Source of the DNA: Lytechinus pictus | Lineage: Eukaryota | Assembly: GCF_037042905.1 (NCBI RefSeq) | Contig: NC_087245.1 | Coordinates: 33,916,001 to 33,980,000 of the forward strand | Direction of reading: 5' to 3' | DNA: 64,000 nt | Shown: positions 39,012 to 51,600 of the stretch, one piece after another | How positions within the stretch are numbered: position 1 is the first letter of the stretch | Layout: each line of letters opens with the position of its first letter | Made by a program: the position numbers and the translations under genes | Notes under the pieces: generated by a model | Told to the model about the DNA's origin: nothing | The model's input: only the letters and a program-made list of their open reading frames with translations | The model's database searches: none

Positions 39012-40202
39012 TGCTTATTTTCAACGTGATTGGGATAGTTCGACTGTCTCGAAAAAACAGTTGAGGTCGGACTCGTTTGTTTTTTTGCGTTCTGACGTTA
39101 TACTTTCAATTAGCAAAAATGCGTTGTAAAAAGTCGTCATACGTTAATTCTCTTCGTGCGATCGTATGTTTCACGCTTTCTCGCTTTAAATCGTCATTCT
39201 CACAGCTCAATATGCAATTCATTAGTAATCGATAGTCTCGTTCGTTTAAATGATCTCGGTAAGTTTAGATTAATTAATACTCTTTTCATATTACATTTTA
39301 AACATCAGTCACTTCATTCGTTTGATTTAGTGTTGTAATTCAAATTCCGTAATTTGAATGTAACATTTTTATATTGAACCACGTTTCCATGCACGTGCAT
39401 GTAATGCTACGATGGAAACAGTTCTTAGTAAAATTATCTTAAATCTTATAAATATGAAAAGGCCTTCAGAACAACTAGTTATATACAAAGCGCTGAATTT
39501 GATAATGATGAAACTAGAGCTAGTAGCGACATTAATATGATCCTAGATGATACTTGCAGGTAATGGAAGATATCTATTATTCCAGCATCAAAAGGTGGAT
39601 AAGGACAAGATTTGTTCAGAATTTCACAACTTCATTTATTTTAGGCCTAAATCTTAATATGCTGAGAAGGAAATTTTTGTAATTCTTATTCGACAGTTTG
39701 AAGCTATAACAACAGTCCCACACATGTAATGACGAAATGGATTTTAGAGGCCGTTGTCATGGTGAATAGGCATGATAGGAAAGAGCCATAGACCCGTACA
39801 GTACAGTAAGATAATGATAACAGTAATAGCCTACCTGACAAAAGCCAACTTTCTTCGGTTATTTAGAAACTAACTGAAAAGAAACCTTGCTGAAACAAAA
39901 AGGTTTATGATGATTATGAACATGATGAAAGTGATAATTGTCAAATAGAAATAACACTGAAGTTTGCGTTATATTCTAGATCTAGTGCATAATTTATATA
40001 TTAGATTAAGAAACCATTATCAGAACCATGCTTTTCATTAACATTGATATTTTTGTGTTTATGTTTCAGGTATGGAATGCTTAGAATATTTACATGATAC
40101 AAGAGGCGTCCGCTAGATTGTAAAAAAAGGATCGTTGCTTATGTTATCGGCCTGTCGACCTGAGTAAACATGGTAAACCTCATACATGAGCAAGAACAAG
40201 TT

Positions 40203-40421
40203 ACCTTTAGAACAATACAGTAATATCACTTCATGATCTTAATGAAACTATGAATTTCATCGAGCTGGTTTGTTGAGGCCAAGTTTAGTGCCAGGATTTC
40301 TAGACAAAATTTATAGATTAGGTCCCCCTTAGGCGCCTGACAGTTTAATCTTGTTCTTAGACTAGCTCTTTAAGATTTATTATTTCATGTCAAGACGATT
40401 GCTGTAATGTCACCTAAAGGT
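40203..40421 (+). ncRNA. Conserved long RNA hairpin, copy 3 (unit 40070-40667)
   Basis: Basal stem ACCTTTAG/CTAAAGGT and the same fold. Confidence 0.65.
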
Positions 40422-41649
40422 TGCTTATTTTAAACGTGATTGTGATAGTTCGAATGTCTCGAAAAAACAGTTGAGGTCGGACTAGTTTGTTTTTTGCGTT
40501 CTGACGTTATACTTTCAATTAGCAAAAATGCGTTGTAAAAAGTCGTCATACGTTAATTATGTTCGTGCGATCGTATGTTTCACGCTTTCTCGCTTTAAAT
40601 CGTCATTCTCACAGCTCAATATGCAATTCATTAGTAATCGATCGTCTCGTTCGTTTAAATGATTTCGGTAAGTTAGATTGATTAATACTCTTTTCAGATT
40701 ACATTTTAAACATCAGTCTCTTCATTCGTTTGATTTAGTGTTGTAATTAAAATTCCGTAATTTAAATGTAACATTTTTATATTGAACCACGTCTCATGCA
40801 CGTGCATGTAATGCTATGATGGCAATATTGTTCTTAGTAAAGTTATCTTGAATATTGGAAATATGAAAGAGGCTTTAAACTAATCGGTTAATACAAGAAG
40901 CTAGATTTGATAATGATGATAATCAACCTAGAGGCAATATGATATTAGGTGATTACAAGAAGTGGCAAATATCTAATATTCAGTGGTAAGAGCAGTTTAG
41001 AATTTAACAACTTTATATATTTTAGTCCTAGATCTTTTTTTTAAGATGCTCAGATGGGATTTTCGCAATTCTTGTTCGGCAATTTGAAGCTATAACAGTC
41101 CCACGCACAGTCCCACACACGTAATGGTTTAGAGACCGTAGCCATGATGTTACTCAAAGAGTCATGGATAGGAAAGGGCCATAGGCCTGTAGAGTGGGGA
41201 AATAGCAGTCAAAGCTTACATGACAAAAGCCTAATTTCCATTCGGTTATTTAGAACCTAACTGAACCGAAACTTTGCTGAAACAAGAAGGTTTATAATAA
41301 ATATAATACTCAAATTTTATATAGCGCGAATTAAAGTTAAGTCTATTTACGATTACGACAGTGATGATAATGATGATGATCATTGTTAAACAAGACAATG
41401 AATTTGTTTTATATTCTAGATTTAGTGCATATTGCATTTATGCTTATTATATTTAGAAACAATTATCAGAACCATGCTATTTCAATTACGTTGATCTATT
41501 TTGTGTGTTTATATTTCAGGTATCGAATGCTCTGAATACCTACGTAATACAGGAGGCGTCTAGATTGCGATAAAAACATAGTTTCTTATATTACCGGCCT
41601 GTCGACCTGAGTAAAAATGGTAAACATCATACATGAGCAAGAACACTTT

Positions 41650-41868
41650 ACTTGTAGAACAATACAGCAATATCACTTCATGATCTTAATGAAACTATGA
41701 ATTTTATCGTGCTGGTTTGTAAAGGTCAAGTTTAGTGTCAGGATTTCTAGGCAAAATGTATACATTAGGTCCCCAGTAGGCGCCTGACAGTTTAAGCTTG
41801 TTCTTAAACTAGCTCGTTAAGATTTATTATTTCATGTCAAGAAGATTGCTGTAATGTTAACCACAGGT
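41650..41868 (+). ncRNA. Conserved long RNA hairpin, copy 4 (unit 41520-42108)
   Basis: Basal stem ACTTGT/ACAGGT and the same fold. Donor GTGAGT at 42109. Confidence 0.65.
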
Positions 41869-43019
41869 TGCTTATTTTCAACGTGATTGGGATAGACTGT
41901 TTCGAATAGATGTTGAGGTTGTGCCTTATTACTATCTTAGCGTTTTTTACCTTATGACTTTAGATCTTCAGTTAGCAAAACTTCCGCTGTTAACAATCGT
42001 TCATTCGTTAATTCTCTTCGCGTGATCGTACGTTTCTCGCTTTTAATCATCCTCATCAGCTCGATAAGCACATCATAAATCATCGACCGTCTCGTTCGTT
42101 TGATCATGGTGAGTTTAAAATCTCTAACAATTTTTTGGATTTTTTTTTTACAAGCACCGATTATTGCTATAAGTACATATATTTATTGATTTATTGCTGT
42201 TATTCAAATTTTCGTAATTTTAACTTGAAATTTTTATTTAGAATATTCTCATGCGCATACATATAATGTAGTGATTGAGACATTGTTCTAAAGTGTTTGG
42301 TACCGCAAAATCGTTCAATAGCCATTAAAACGGACATACTGATGCTTTTCGACATGCACTCATCGAAGTAAAATCGCATGAATTAATAGAACGCTAGAGC
42401 GAAACAATATATTATGGAACCGAAAGAGACAATGGACGCTAAACGGCGAGCTGTGATTGTCAGTTTGTTCGATTTAAGGCTATTTTATGACATTGTTCTT
42501 AGTAAAATTATTTTGAATTTTATACTAGTTATACAAAGCACTCAATTTTATAATGGTGATTATGAAACTATGGTAGCAAAAACATTGATTTGATATCAGA
42601 TCTATTTCACAAATAGAAATAACGAGTAGGCCTAGAATACATCAATTGACAACATTCTATGGAAGCTTATTTTATATTCTAGATCTATATGGTATATGTA
42701 ATTATAATTCAAGTATAATCAAAATGCCACTCAATCATCAGAAAAAAAAATATGTATCTTCTTGTTACAGATCTGTAATGGACGGTCAATACATCTTCGC
42801 GCAGTTTTGGAGAGAAGTTTCCGCAACAATGTTGAATAGGAAAAAACTAAAAATAAACCAAGCTCTGCGCAAGCCACATGCCTATGGAACAAAAAGGAAT
42901 GTCACAGCAACGCACATATAACTGAACATTTTATGAAATATCTAAAGAGGAATAATGGTATTAGAGTGAGGTTGAAATTAGGTTATGATCGACATCATAG
43001 AGTAACACGGGACATTTCA

Positions 43020-46000
43020 TCTACAACATTTTGTCGCCTTTTCATCTACAAATCTTCGTCAACCTTTCTTCAAATATCTACCACTCTTTGTCTCCCTTTC
43101 ATCAAATATCTACCACTCTTTGTCTCCATTTCATCACAGAACAAGTCACCTTTCATCTACCACTCTTGTCACCCTTTCCTCATAGAGCATCAAGCCACCA
43201 ATTATCTTCCTTTCATATATCCCTTTCATCAAAGATCATCAATTCACTTTTCGTAACCTTTCATCAAAGAGCATCGAGTCACTTTTCGTCACCCTTTCAT
43301 CAAAAGCATCAAGTCTATTCATCTGCCTATCATCAGAGAGCATCAAATTCACCCTTTGTCAACCTTTCATCAAAGAATATCAAGTCACTCTTCATCAACC
43401 TTTCATCAACGAGCATCGTAACTTTTCGTCACCCTTTAATCAAAGACCATCAATTAACTTTTCGTCACCCTTTCATAAAAAAACACTAACACCTTTCGTC
43501 ACCCTTTCATCAAAGAGCACTCAGTCACTCTTCGTCACCCTTCCATCAAGTCATCATTCATCACCCTTTCAACAAAGAGCACCAAGTCTCTTTTCGTCTC
43601 CCTTTCATCAAGAAGCATCAAGTTGCCCTTCGTCACCCTTTCATAAAAGAGCATCAAGTAACTTTTCGTCACCCATTCATAAAAGAACACGTCTCTTTTC
43701 GTCTCTCTGTCATCAAAGTGCATCAATTCGACCTTCATCTCCCTTTGTTACCCTTTCATCAAAGAGCAACGAGTCACTCTTTGTCGCCCTTCGCCACCCG
43801 TCACCCTTTCATAAAAGAGAACCAAGTTATTTTCATCACCCTTTCAACAAAGAGCATTAAGTCTCTTTTCGTCTTCTTTTCATCAAGAAGCATCAAGTTG
43901 CCCTTCGTCACCCTTTCATCAAAGAGCATCAAGTCACCCTTCGTCACCCTTTAATCAAGGAGCGAAGAATCACTCTTCGTCGCCCTTTGTCACCCTTTCA
44001 TAAAAGAGAACCAAGTCATTTTCGTCACCCTTTTACCAAAGAGTATCAGGTCGCCCTTTGTCACCCTTTCATCAAAGAGCATCAAGTCACTCTTCGTTGC
44101 CCTTCGTCATCCTTTCAAAAAAAAGAGCAATTCATTTTTCATATACCACTCTCCATCTCCCTTACATCAAAGAGCATCAATTCACTTTTCGCCACCCTTT
44201 CATAAAAAGAGCATCAAGTCGCCCTTCGTCACCCTTTTATCAAAGAAGATCAAGTCATTTTCGTCACCCTTTCGTAAAAAAGCATCAACTCTTTTTGTAT
44301 CCCGTCATCAAAGAGCAGAAAGTCGCCCTTCGTCACCCTTTGATCAAGGAGCATCAAGTCAATCTTCGTCACCCTTTCATCAAATAGCAACATGTCAGTT
44401 TTCGTCTCCCTTTCATCAAAGATCATCAAGTCGCTTTTTATCTACCACTCTTTATCTCCCTTTCATCAAAGAGCATCAAGTCACTTTTCATCTTCCTTTC
44501 ATCAAAGAGCATCAAGTCACTTTTCGTCTCCCTTTCATCAAAGAGCATCAAATCGCCCTTTATCCCCCTTTCATCAAAGAGCATCAATTCACTCTTCGTT
44601 GCCCTTCGTAATCCTTTCAAAAAAGAGCAATTCATTTTTCATCTACCACTCTTCATCTCCCTTACATCAAAGAGCATCAATTCACTTTTCGCCACCCTTT
44701 CATAAAAAAGCATCAATTCGCCCTTCGTCACCCTTTTATCGAAGAAGATCAAGTCATTTTCGTCACCCTTTCGTAAAAAAGCATCGACTCTTTTTGTATC
44801 CCGTCATCAAAGAGCATAAAGTCGCCCTTCGTCACCCTTTGATCAAAGAGCATCAAGTCAATCTTTGTCACCCTTTCATCAAATAGCAACATGTCAGTTT
44901 TCGTCTCCCTTTCATCAAAGATCATCAAGTCGCTTTTTATCTACCACTCTTTATCTCCCTTTCATCAAAGAGCATCAAGTCACTTTTCATCTTCCTTTCA
45001 TCAAAGAGCATCAAGTCACTTTTCGTCTCCCTTTCATAAGAGAGCATCAATTCACTTTCGGCACCCTTTCATAAAAAAGAATCAAGTCGCCCTTCGTCAC
45101 CCTTTCATCAAAGACAAACGAGTCAATCTTCGCCGCCTTCGTCATCCTTTCATATAAGAGCACCAAGTCATTTTTCGTCAACCTTTCTTAGAAGAGCATC
45201 AAGTATCACTTTTCGTCACCCTTTCATAAGAGAGCATCAATTCACTTTCAGCACCCTTTCATAAGAAAAGAATCAAGTCGCCCTTCGTCACCCTTTCATC
45301 AAAGACAAACGAGTCACTCTTCGCCGCCTTCGTCATCCTTTCATATAAGAGTACCAAGTCATTTTTCGTCAACCTTTCTTAGAAGAGCATCAAGTATCAC
45401 TTTTCGCCACCCTTTCATAAAAAGAGCATCAAGTTGCCCTTCGTCACCCTTTCATCAAAGAGCATAAAGTCGCTTTTTATCTACCACTCTTTATCTCCCT
45501 TTCATCAAAGAGCATCAAGTCACTTTTCATCTTCCTTTCATCAAAGAGCATCAAGTCACTTTTCGTCTCCCTTTCATAAGAGAGCATCAATTCACTTTCG
45601 GCACCCTTTCATAAAAAAGAATCAAGTCGCCCTTCGTCACCCTTTCATCAAAGACAAACGAGTCAATCTTCGCCGCCTTCGTCATCCTTTCATATAAGAG
45701 CACCAAGTCATTTTTCGTCAACCTTTCTTAGAAGAGCATCAAGTATCACTTTTCGTCACCCTTTCATAAGAGAGCATCTTTACTTTCGGCACCCTTTCAT
45801 AAGAAAAGAATCAAGTCGCCATTCGTCACCCTTTCATCAAAGACAAACGAGTCACTCTTCGCCGCCTTCGTCATCCTTTCATATAAGAGTACCAAGTAAT
45901 TTTTCGTCAACCTTTCTTAGAAGAGCATCAAGTATCACTTTTCGCCACCCTTTCATAAAAAGAGCATCAAGTTGCCCTTCGTCACCCTTTCATCAAAGAG

Positions 46001-48165
46001 CATAAAGTTACTCTTCGTCACCCTTTCATCAAAGATGATCAAGTCATTTTCGTCACCCTTTCGTAAAAAAAAGCATCAAGACTCTTTTTGTATCCCGTCA
46101 TCAAAGAGCATAAAGTCGCCCTTCGGCACCCTTTTATAAAAGAGCATCAAGTCACTCTTCGTCACCCTTTCATCAAATAGCAACATGTCAGTTTTCATCT
46201 CCTTTTCATCAAAAATCATCAAGTCGCTTTTTATTTACCACTCTTCATCTCTCTTACATCAAAGAGCATCAATTCACTTTTCGCCACCCTTTCATAAAAA
46301 AGCATCAAGTCGCCCTTCGTCACCCTTCCAATAAAGTGTGTCAAGTCGCCCTTCGTCACCCTTCCATCAAAGATCATCAAGTAACTCTTCGTCACCCTTT
46401 TATCAAAGATCATCAAGTCACTCTTTGTTGCCCTTCGTCATCCTTTCATAAAAGAACATCAAGTCACTTTTCATCTACCACTCTTCATCTCCCTTACATC
46501 AAAGAGCATCAATTCACTTTTCGCCACCCTTTCATAAAAAAGCATCAAGTCGCCCTTCGTCACCCTTCCAATAAAGTGTGTCAAGTCGCCCTTCGTCACC
46601 CTTCCATCAAAGATCATCAAGTAACTCTTCGTCATCCTTTCATATAAGAGCACCAAGTCATTTTTCGTCACCCTTTCATAAAAAAAGCATCAAGACTCTT
46701 TTTTGCATCCCGTCTTCAAAGAGTAAAAAGTCACACTTCGTCTCCCTTTCATCAAATAGCATCGAGTCACTTTTCGTCTCCCTTTCATCAAAGAGCATCA
46801 ATTCACTTTTGTCCCCTTTCATAAGAGAGCATCAATTCACTTTCGGCACCCTATCATAAAAAAACATCAAGTCGCTCTTCGTCACCCTTTCATCAAAGAA
46901 CATCAAGTCACTTTTCATCTACCACTCTTCATCTCCCTTACATCAAAGAGCATCAATTCACTTTTCGCCACCCTTTGATAAAAAAGCATCAAGTCGCCCT
47001 TCGTCACCCTTTCAATAAAGAGTATCAAGTCGCCCTTCGTCACCATTTCATCAAAGATCATCAAGTCTCTTTGTTGCCCTTCGTCATCATTTCATAAAAG
47101 AACATCAAGTCACTTTTCATCTACCACTCTTCATCTCCCTTACATCAAAGAGCATCAATTCACTTTTCGCCACCCTTTCATAAAAAAGCATCAAGTCGCC
47201 CTTCGTCACCCTTTCAATAAAGTGTGTCAAGTCGCCCTTCGTCACCCTTCCATCAAAGATCATCAAGTCACTCTTCGTCATCCTTTCATATAAGAGCACC
47301 AAGTCATTTTTCGTCACCCTTTCATAAAAAAGCATCAAGACTCTTTTTTGTATCCCGTCTTCAAAGAGTATAAAGTCGCCCTTCGTCACCCTTTCATCAA
47401 AGAGCATCAAGTCACTCTTCGTCTCCCTTTCATCAAAGAGCATCAATTCACTTTCGTCCCCTTTCATAAGAGAGCATCAATTCACTTTCGGCACCCTATC
47501 ATAAAAAAAACATCAAGTCGCCCTTCGTCACCCTTTCAACAAAGAGCATCAAGTCGCCTTTCGTCACCCTTTCATCAAAGAGCAACGAATCACTCTTCGC
47601 CGCCCTTCGTCACCCTTTCATATAAGAGCACCAAGTCATTTTTCGTCACCCTTTCTTAAAAGAGAATCAAGTCTCGTTTCGTCCCCCTGTCATAAAAGAG
47701 CATCAAGTCTCCTTTTGTTTACCGGTCATCGAAGAGCATCAAGTCGCCCTTCGTTACCCTTTCATGAAAGAGCATAAAGTCACTCTTCGTCACCCTTTCA
47801 TAAAAGAGCATCAATTCATTTTTCTTCATCCTTTAATAAGAGCATCAAGTCTCCTTTCGTCTCCCCCCTGTCAAAGAGCATCAGGTCGCCCTTCCATCAA
47901 AGACCATCAAGTCGCCCTTCGTCACCCTTTCACCAAAGGGCATCAAGTCACTTTTCATCTCCCTTTCATCAAAGAGCATCAAATCGCTCTTCATCCCCCT
48001 TCAAAGAGCATCAATTCACTTTCGTCACCTTTTCATCATAAGAGAGCATCAATTCACGTCCGGCACCCTTTCATCAAAGAGCATCAAGTCTCTTTTCGTC
48101 ATCCTTTATTAAAAGAACATCAAGTCGCCCATCATCACCCTTTTGTCAAAGAGCATCATGTCATC
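43020..48165 (+). repeat. ~5.1-kb minisatellite of a 36-bp unit with higher-order duplications
   Basis: Consensus CGTCACCCTTTCATCAAAGAGCATCAAGTCGCCCTT. Longer periods of about 499 (44381/44880), 540 (44941/45481) and 240 bp. Confidence 0.97.
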
Positions 48166-48649
48166 CTTCTTCTAGCGAAAAGGGTAAGTTATAACTGATA
48201 GTTTTAAACGATACATCTTGGTTTGACATTAATCAAATCTATAAAAGGGTACAATATATGAAACACATATTTAACGTGTTCAATGATGTCCATTTTTAAC
48301 AAATATGAGCAGGAACGAAATGATATTAGATGAAAAAGTAAATTTTCATGTTTCAGTAAATTTGAATGCATCCCCAGATATTTCAAATTTGATTAAGAAA
48401 GTAAAATATTGTCATTAACATATTTCATTTATTAAGTTTAGTCTCTGATTTTGAAAGGAAGATCGAAAATATATTTGGTCGGGCCAATTTAGAATGAAAA
48501 TGCCTATATATATATATATATATGTTATTTGATGTTTATTTAGCAGATAAAATAAGAGTCATATGTAATCACTTTTTAATATGTCATAAATTTGACAATA
48601 CTGTTTTTTTATTTACTCAGGGGAGCTTTTAATATTTCATTCTGATATA

Positions 48650-51600
48650 TCATTCTCTTTACAGACTAGATGTAACTGAACCTAATAATGATAATTCTTA
48701 TCTACCAAGGGTAGCCACTTCACTCCAGCATTTGTATCCTTTGTAATTAAGTTAATTTCGTCCTTTTTTCCCTCTGATAGCCAGCTCAGCTTTCAAAAGG
48801 AGAGTTGCTGACAAAAGACAGAAGTCCAATTTCAAAATATGTATTTCAATGGTATGATTGGTTGCTATTTCAGCTGTAATTCGCTTGCATTTCCGTTTCT
48901 CATAACTTCTGATACATTCTCTTTTCAGGCTGGATGAGTATTTACGCATGATATATATCATGGCTCATATCAATCAATTAGTAGCCAGTTAGGCTTTACT
49001 GCAGGTCTTCCAGTGGCCCTAACAAACTTTCAATTGCCCAGTTAAGCAAATTGATTTTTTGGCCGCCATCACGTGATACTGCATCATACAGAGGGAGAGG
49101 CGCCTTTAAGAAAGAAAAAGCATTCGAATTTTATTATGTGGACTTCCATGGCATAATCATTATTCTATTTTCAGACTGGATGCGTTTTAATCATATCATT
49201 AATGTATCTTTCTTATTTACCAAGGATAGCCACTCTAGCTTTTGTTAGTCTTCCATATGGTCCTGTTAAGCATTAAGTTATTTCCCGTATATAGTGATTC
49301 ATATTTACCCAAGGTAGCCTCTCCGTGGTTTTGTTGGAGATCTTCTACCTGTATTTCTAACAGAATGAAGTATATGTTCATTTATCTAGGACTCTTATTA
49401 TCCAAGGTATATAGCCACTTCGGGTATTAAAGATGGTTTCTAATGTTGATGAGTTTTTTTTTCATTCTTATAAAGCGGATATGGTGACAAGAAAACAGAA
49501 AGACCCATTTTAATTCGATATGGTGCAGTATACTTATTGAAATGTAAAATTATTCTGGATAATCGTTTATTTCATTTTCTTTTACACTTTAACACCAAAA
49601 TCTTATTCTCTTTCAGGATTGGATACCTTTAACGCAGTGCAATTAATGGCCGTTGGTGACAGCATTTCAATTTGCCCTTCTTAAAGACTTTCGGCATGCA
49701 GGGTTGCGACTTCAGTCTTTACTACCGGACTTTGAGCGTACTCCCCTTTCACAAAGTATAATAATAATAATAATAATTACCATTATTTAAAAAGGGTTCT
49801 TATTTACAGAGGGAATTCACTCAAGCTAGTGCAACCGGGTTCTACTTAATGTTTGTCCCGAGTACCCATTTTAGCTTTTTATAGGTGGTCGGCTTCCAAT
49901 CACCCAGTAATGACGACATATTACTTGCTTATAATGGCTTTTATTTACCCAATGTAGAAACTTTGACATTTATGGCCGCAACTCAGTGACACTGCAACAT
50001 TTGAAGGCAAATGTCCTACTTTTAATAGTATTGTGTGAAATTCCATGTAACTTGTGATTATTATTCTCCTTTCAGGCAGGTTGCATTTTAAGCATTTTAT
50101 CGATGTCTTTTATTTTTCTAGAAAAGCCCCTCTAGGTTTTCTTGGCCGTTTTGCACCAGGCACTGCTTGAACAAAGTTTTTATTCCCGTTAAAGAGTAAC
50201 ACTTTCTTTTATTAGGGGATGATTGCCAACAAAATGAAATGTATTTTCTTCCTTAATTAGCCACTATGGGTTTTTGTGATTTTCTAATGGAGATTAATAT
50301 GATAATTTCTCCTTGTCATTTTGGAGGGTAGTAAGGAGACAAAAAAAAATTGATGACATGTGATTCAATATACTTCTTGAAATGTAAAGTTATCAGGAGT
50401 TGTTACTTTTTGTTTTTTTGCTTGCTATGTCGAAATTTTATTCTCGTTCAGGATTGGATACCTTTAATGCAGGTGACCTGTTGCGACTTCAGTGTTTACT
50501 CTTGGGCTACTTTCTGCGTACTTACCTTTCACAAAATAAAGTCATTATCCATAAACTAGGTTCTTATTTACAGAAGGAATCAATTCCAGCCAGTTGCAGT
50601 CGCCGAGCAGGCTTTGTTAAATGTTTGTTCTGAGTAGTTACTTCATTTTTCCCCCTACGGTCATATAACTTTTTTATATCAAATTCTATTTATCCAGTGT
50701 AGCAACTGTGACTTTAAATTTAGGCGACATTCTAATTACAAAAGTTTCTATTCCTGTTAAAAGTGACCCTTGTTTTTCTCAGGATGCAGAGTTGCGACGT
50801 CAGTGTTTACTACGGGACTTTGAGCGTACTCCCCTTTCACAAACTATAATAATAATAATAATTACCATTATTTAAAAAGGGTTCTTATTTACAGAGAGAA
50901 TTCACTCTAGCTAGTGCAACCGGGTTCTACTTAATGTTTGTCCCGAGTACCCATTTTAGCTTTTTATAGGTGGTCGGCTTCCAATCACCCAGTAATGACG
51001 ACATATTACTTTCTTATAATGGCTTTTATTTACCCAATGTAGCAACTTTGACATTTCTGGCGGCAACTCAGTGACACTGCAACATTTTAAAGCAGAGGTC
51101 CTACTTTTAATAGTATTAAGTGGAATTCCATGTAACTTGTGATCATTATTCTCTTTTCAGGCAGGTTGTGTTTTAAACATATCGATGTCTTTATTTTCTC
51201 AGGAAAGCCCCTCTAGGTTTTCTTGGCCGTTTTTCACCAGGCCCTGCCTAACATGAAGTTATTATTCCTGTAAAAGAGTAACGCTTTCTTTTATTAGGGG
51301 GCCACTTCGGATATTTGTTTGCAATCCCCTAGCTGTATTGCTCACAAATGAAATGTATTTTTTTTCCTTAATCAGCCACTATGTGTTTTTGTGATTTTCT
51401 AATGGAGATTAATATGATCATTTCTCTTTGTCATTTTGGAGGTTGGGAAGGAGACAAAAAATCAATTTTAATGTCATATGATTCAATATACTTCTTGAAA
51501 TTTAAAATTATCAGGAGTTGCATTTTCATTTTTGCTTGCTATGTCGAAATGTTATTCTCGTTCAGGATTGGATACCTTTAACGCAGTTAACCAGTTGCGA

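Noticed and set aside
43020..48165. CRISPR array (36-bp repeat length)
   Set aside because: Units are head-to-tail with no unique spacers, there are no cas genes, and the context is eukaryotic.
43031..48198. Many overlapping ORFs in the 36-bp array read as a repetitive protein gene
   Set aside because: They are a by-product of a stop-free 36-bp unit. Frames shift often and no single long ORF exists.
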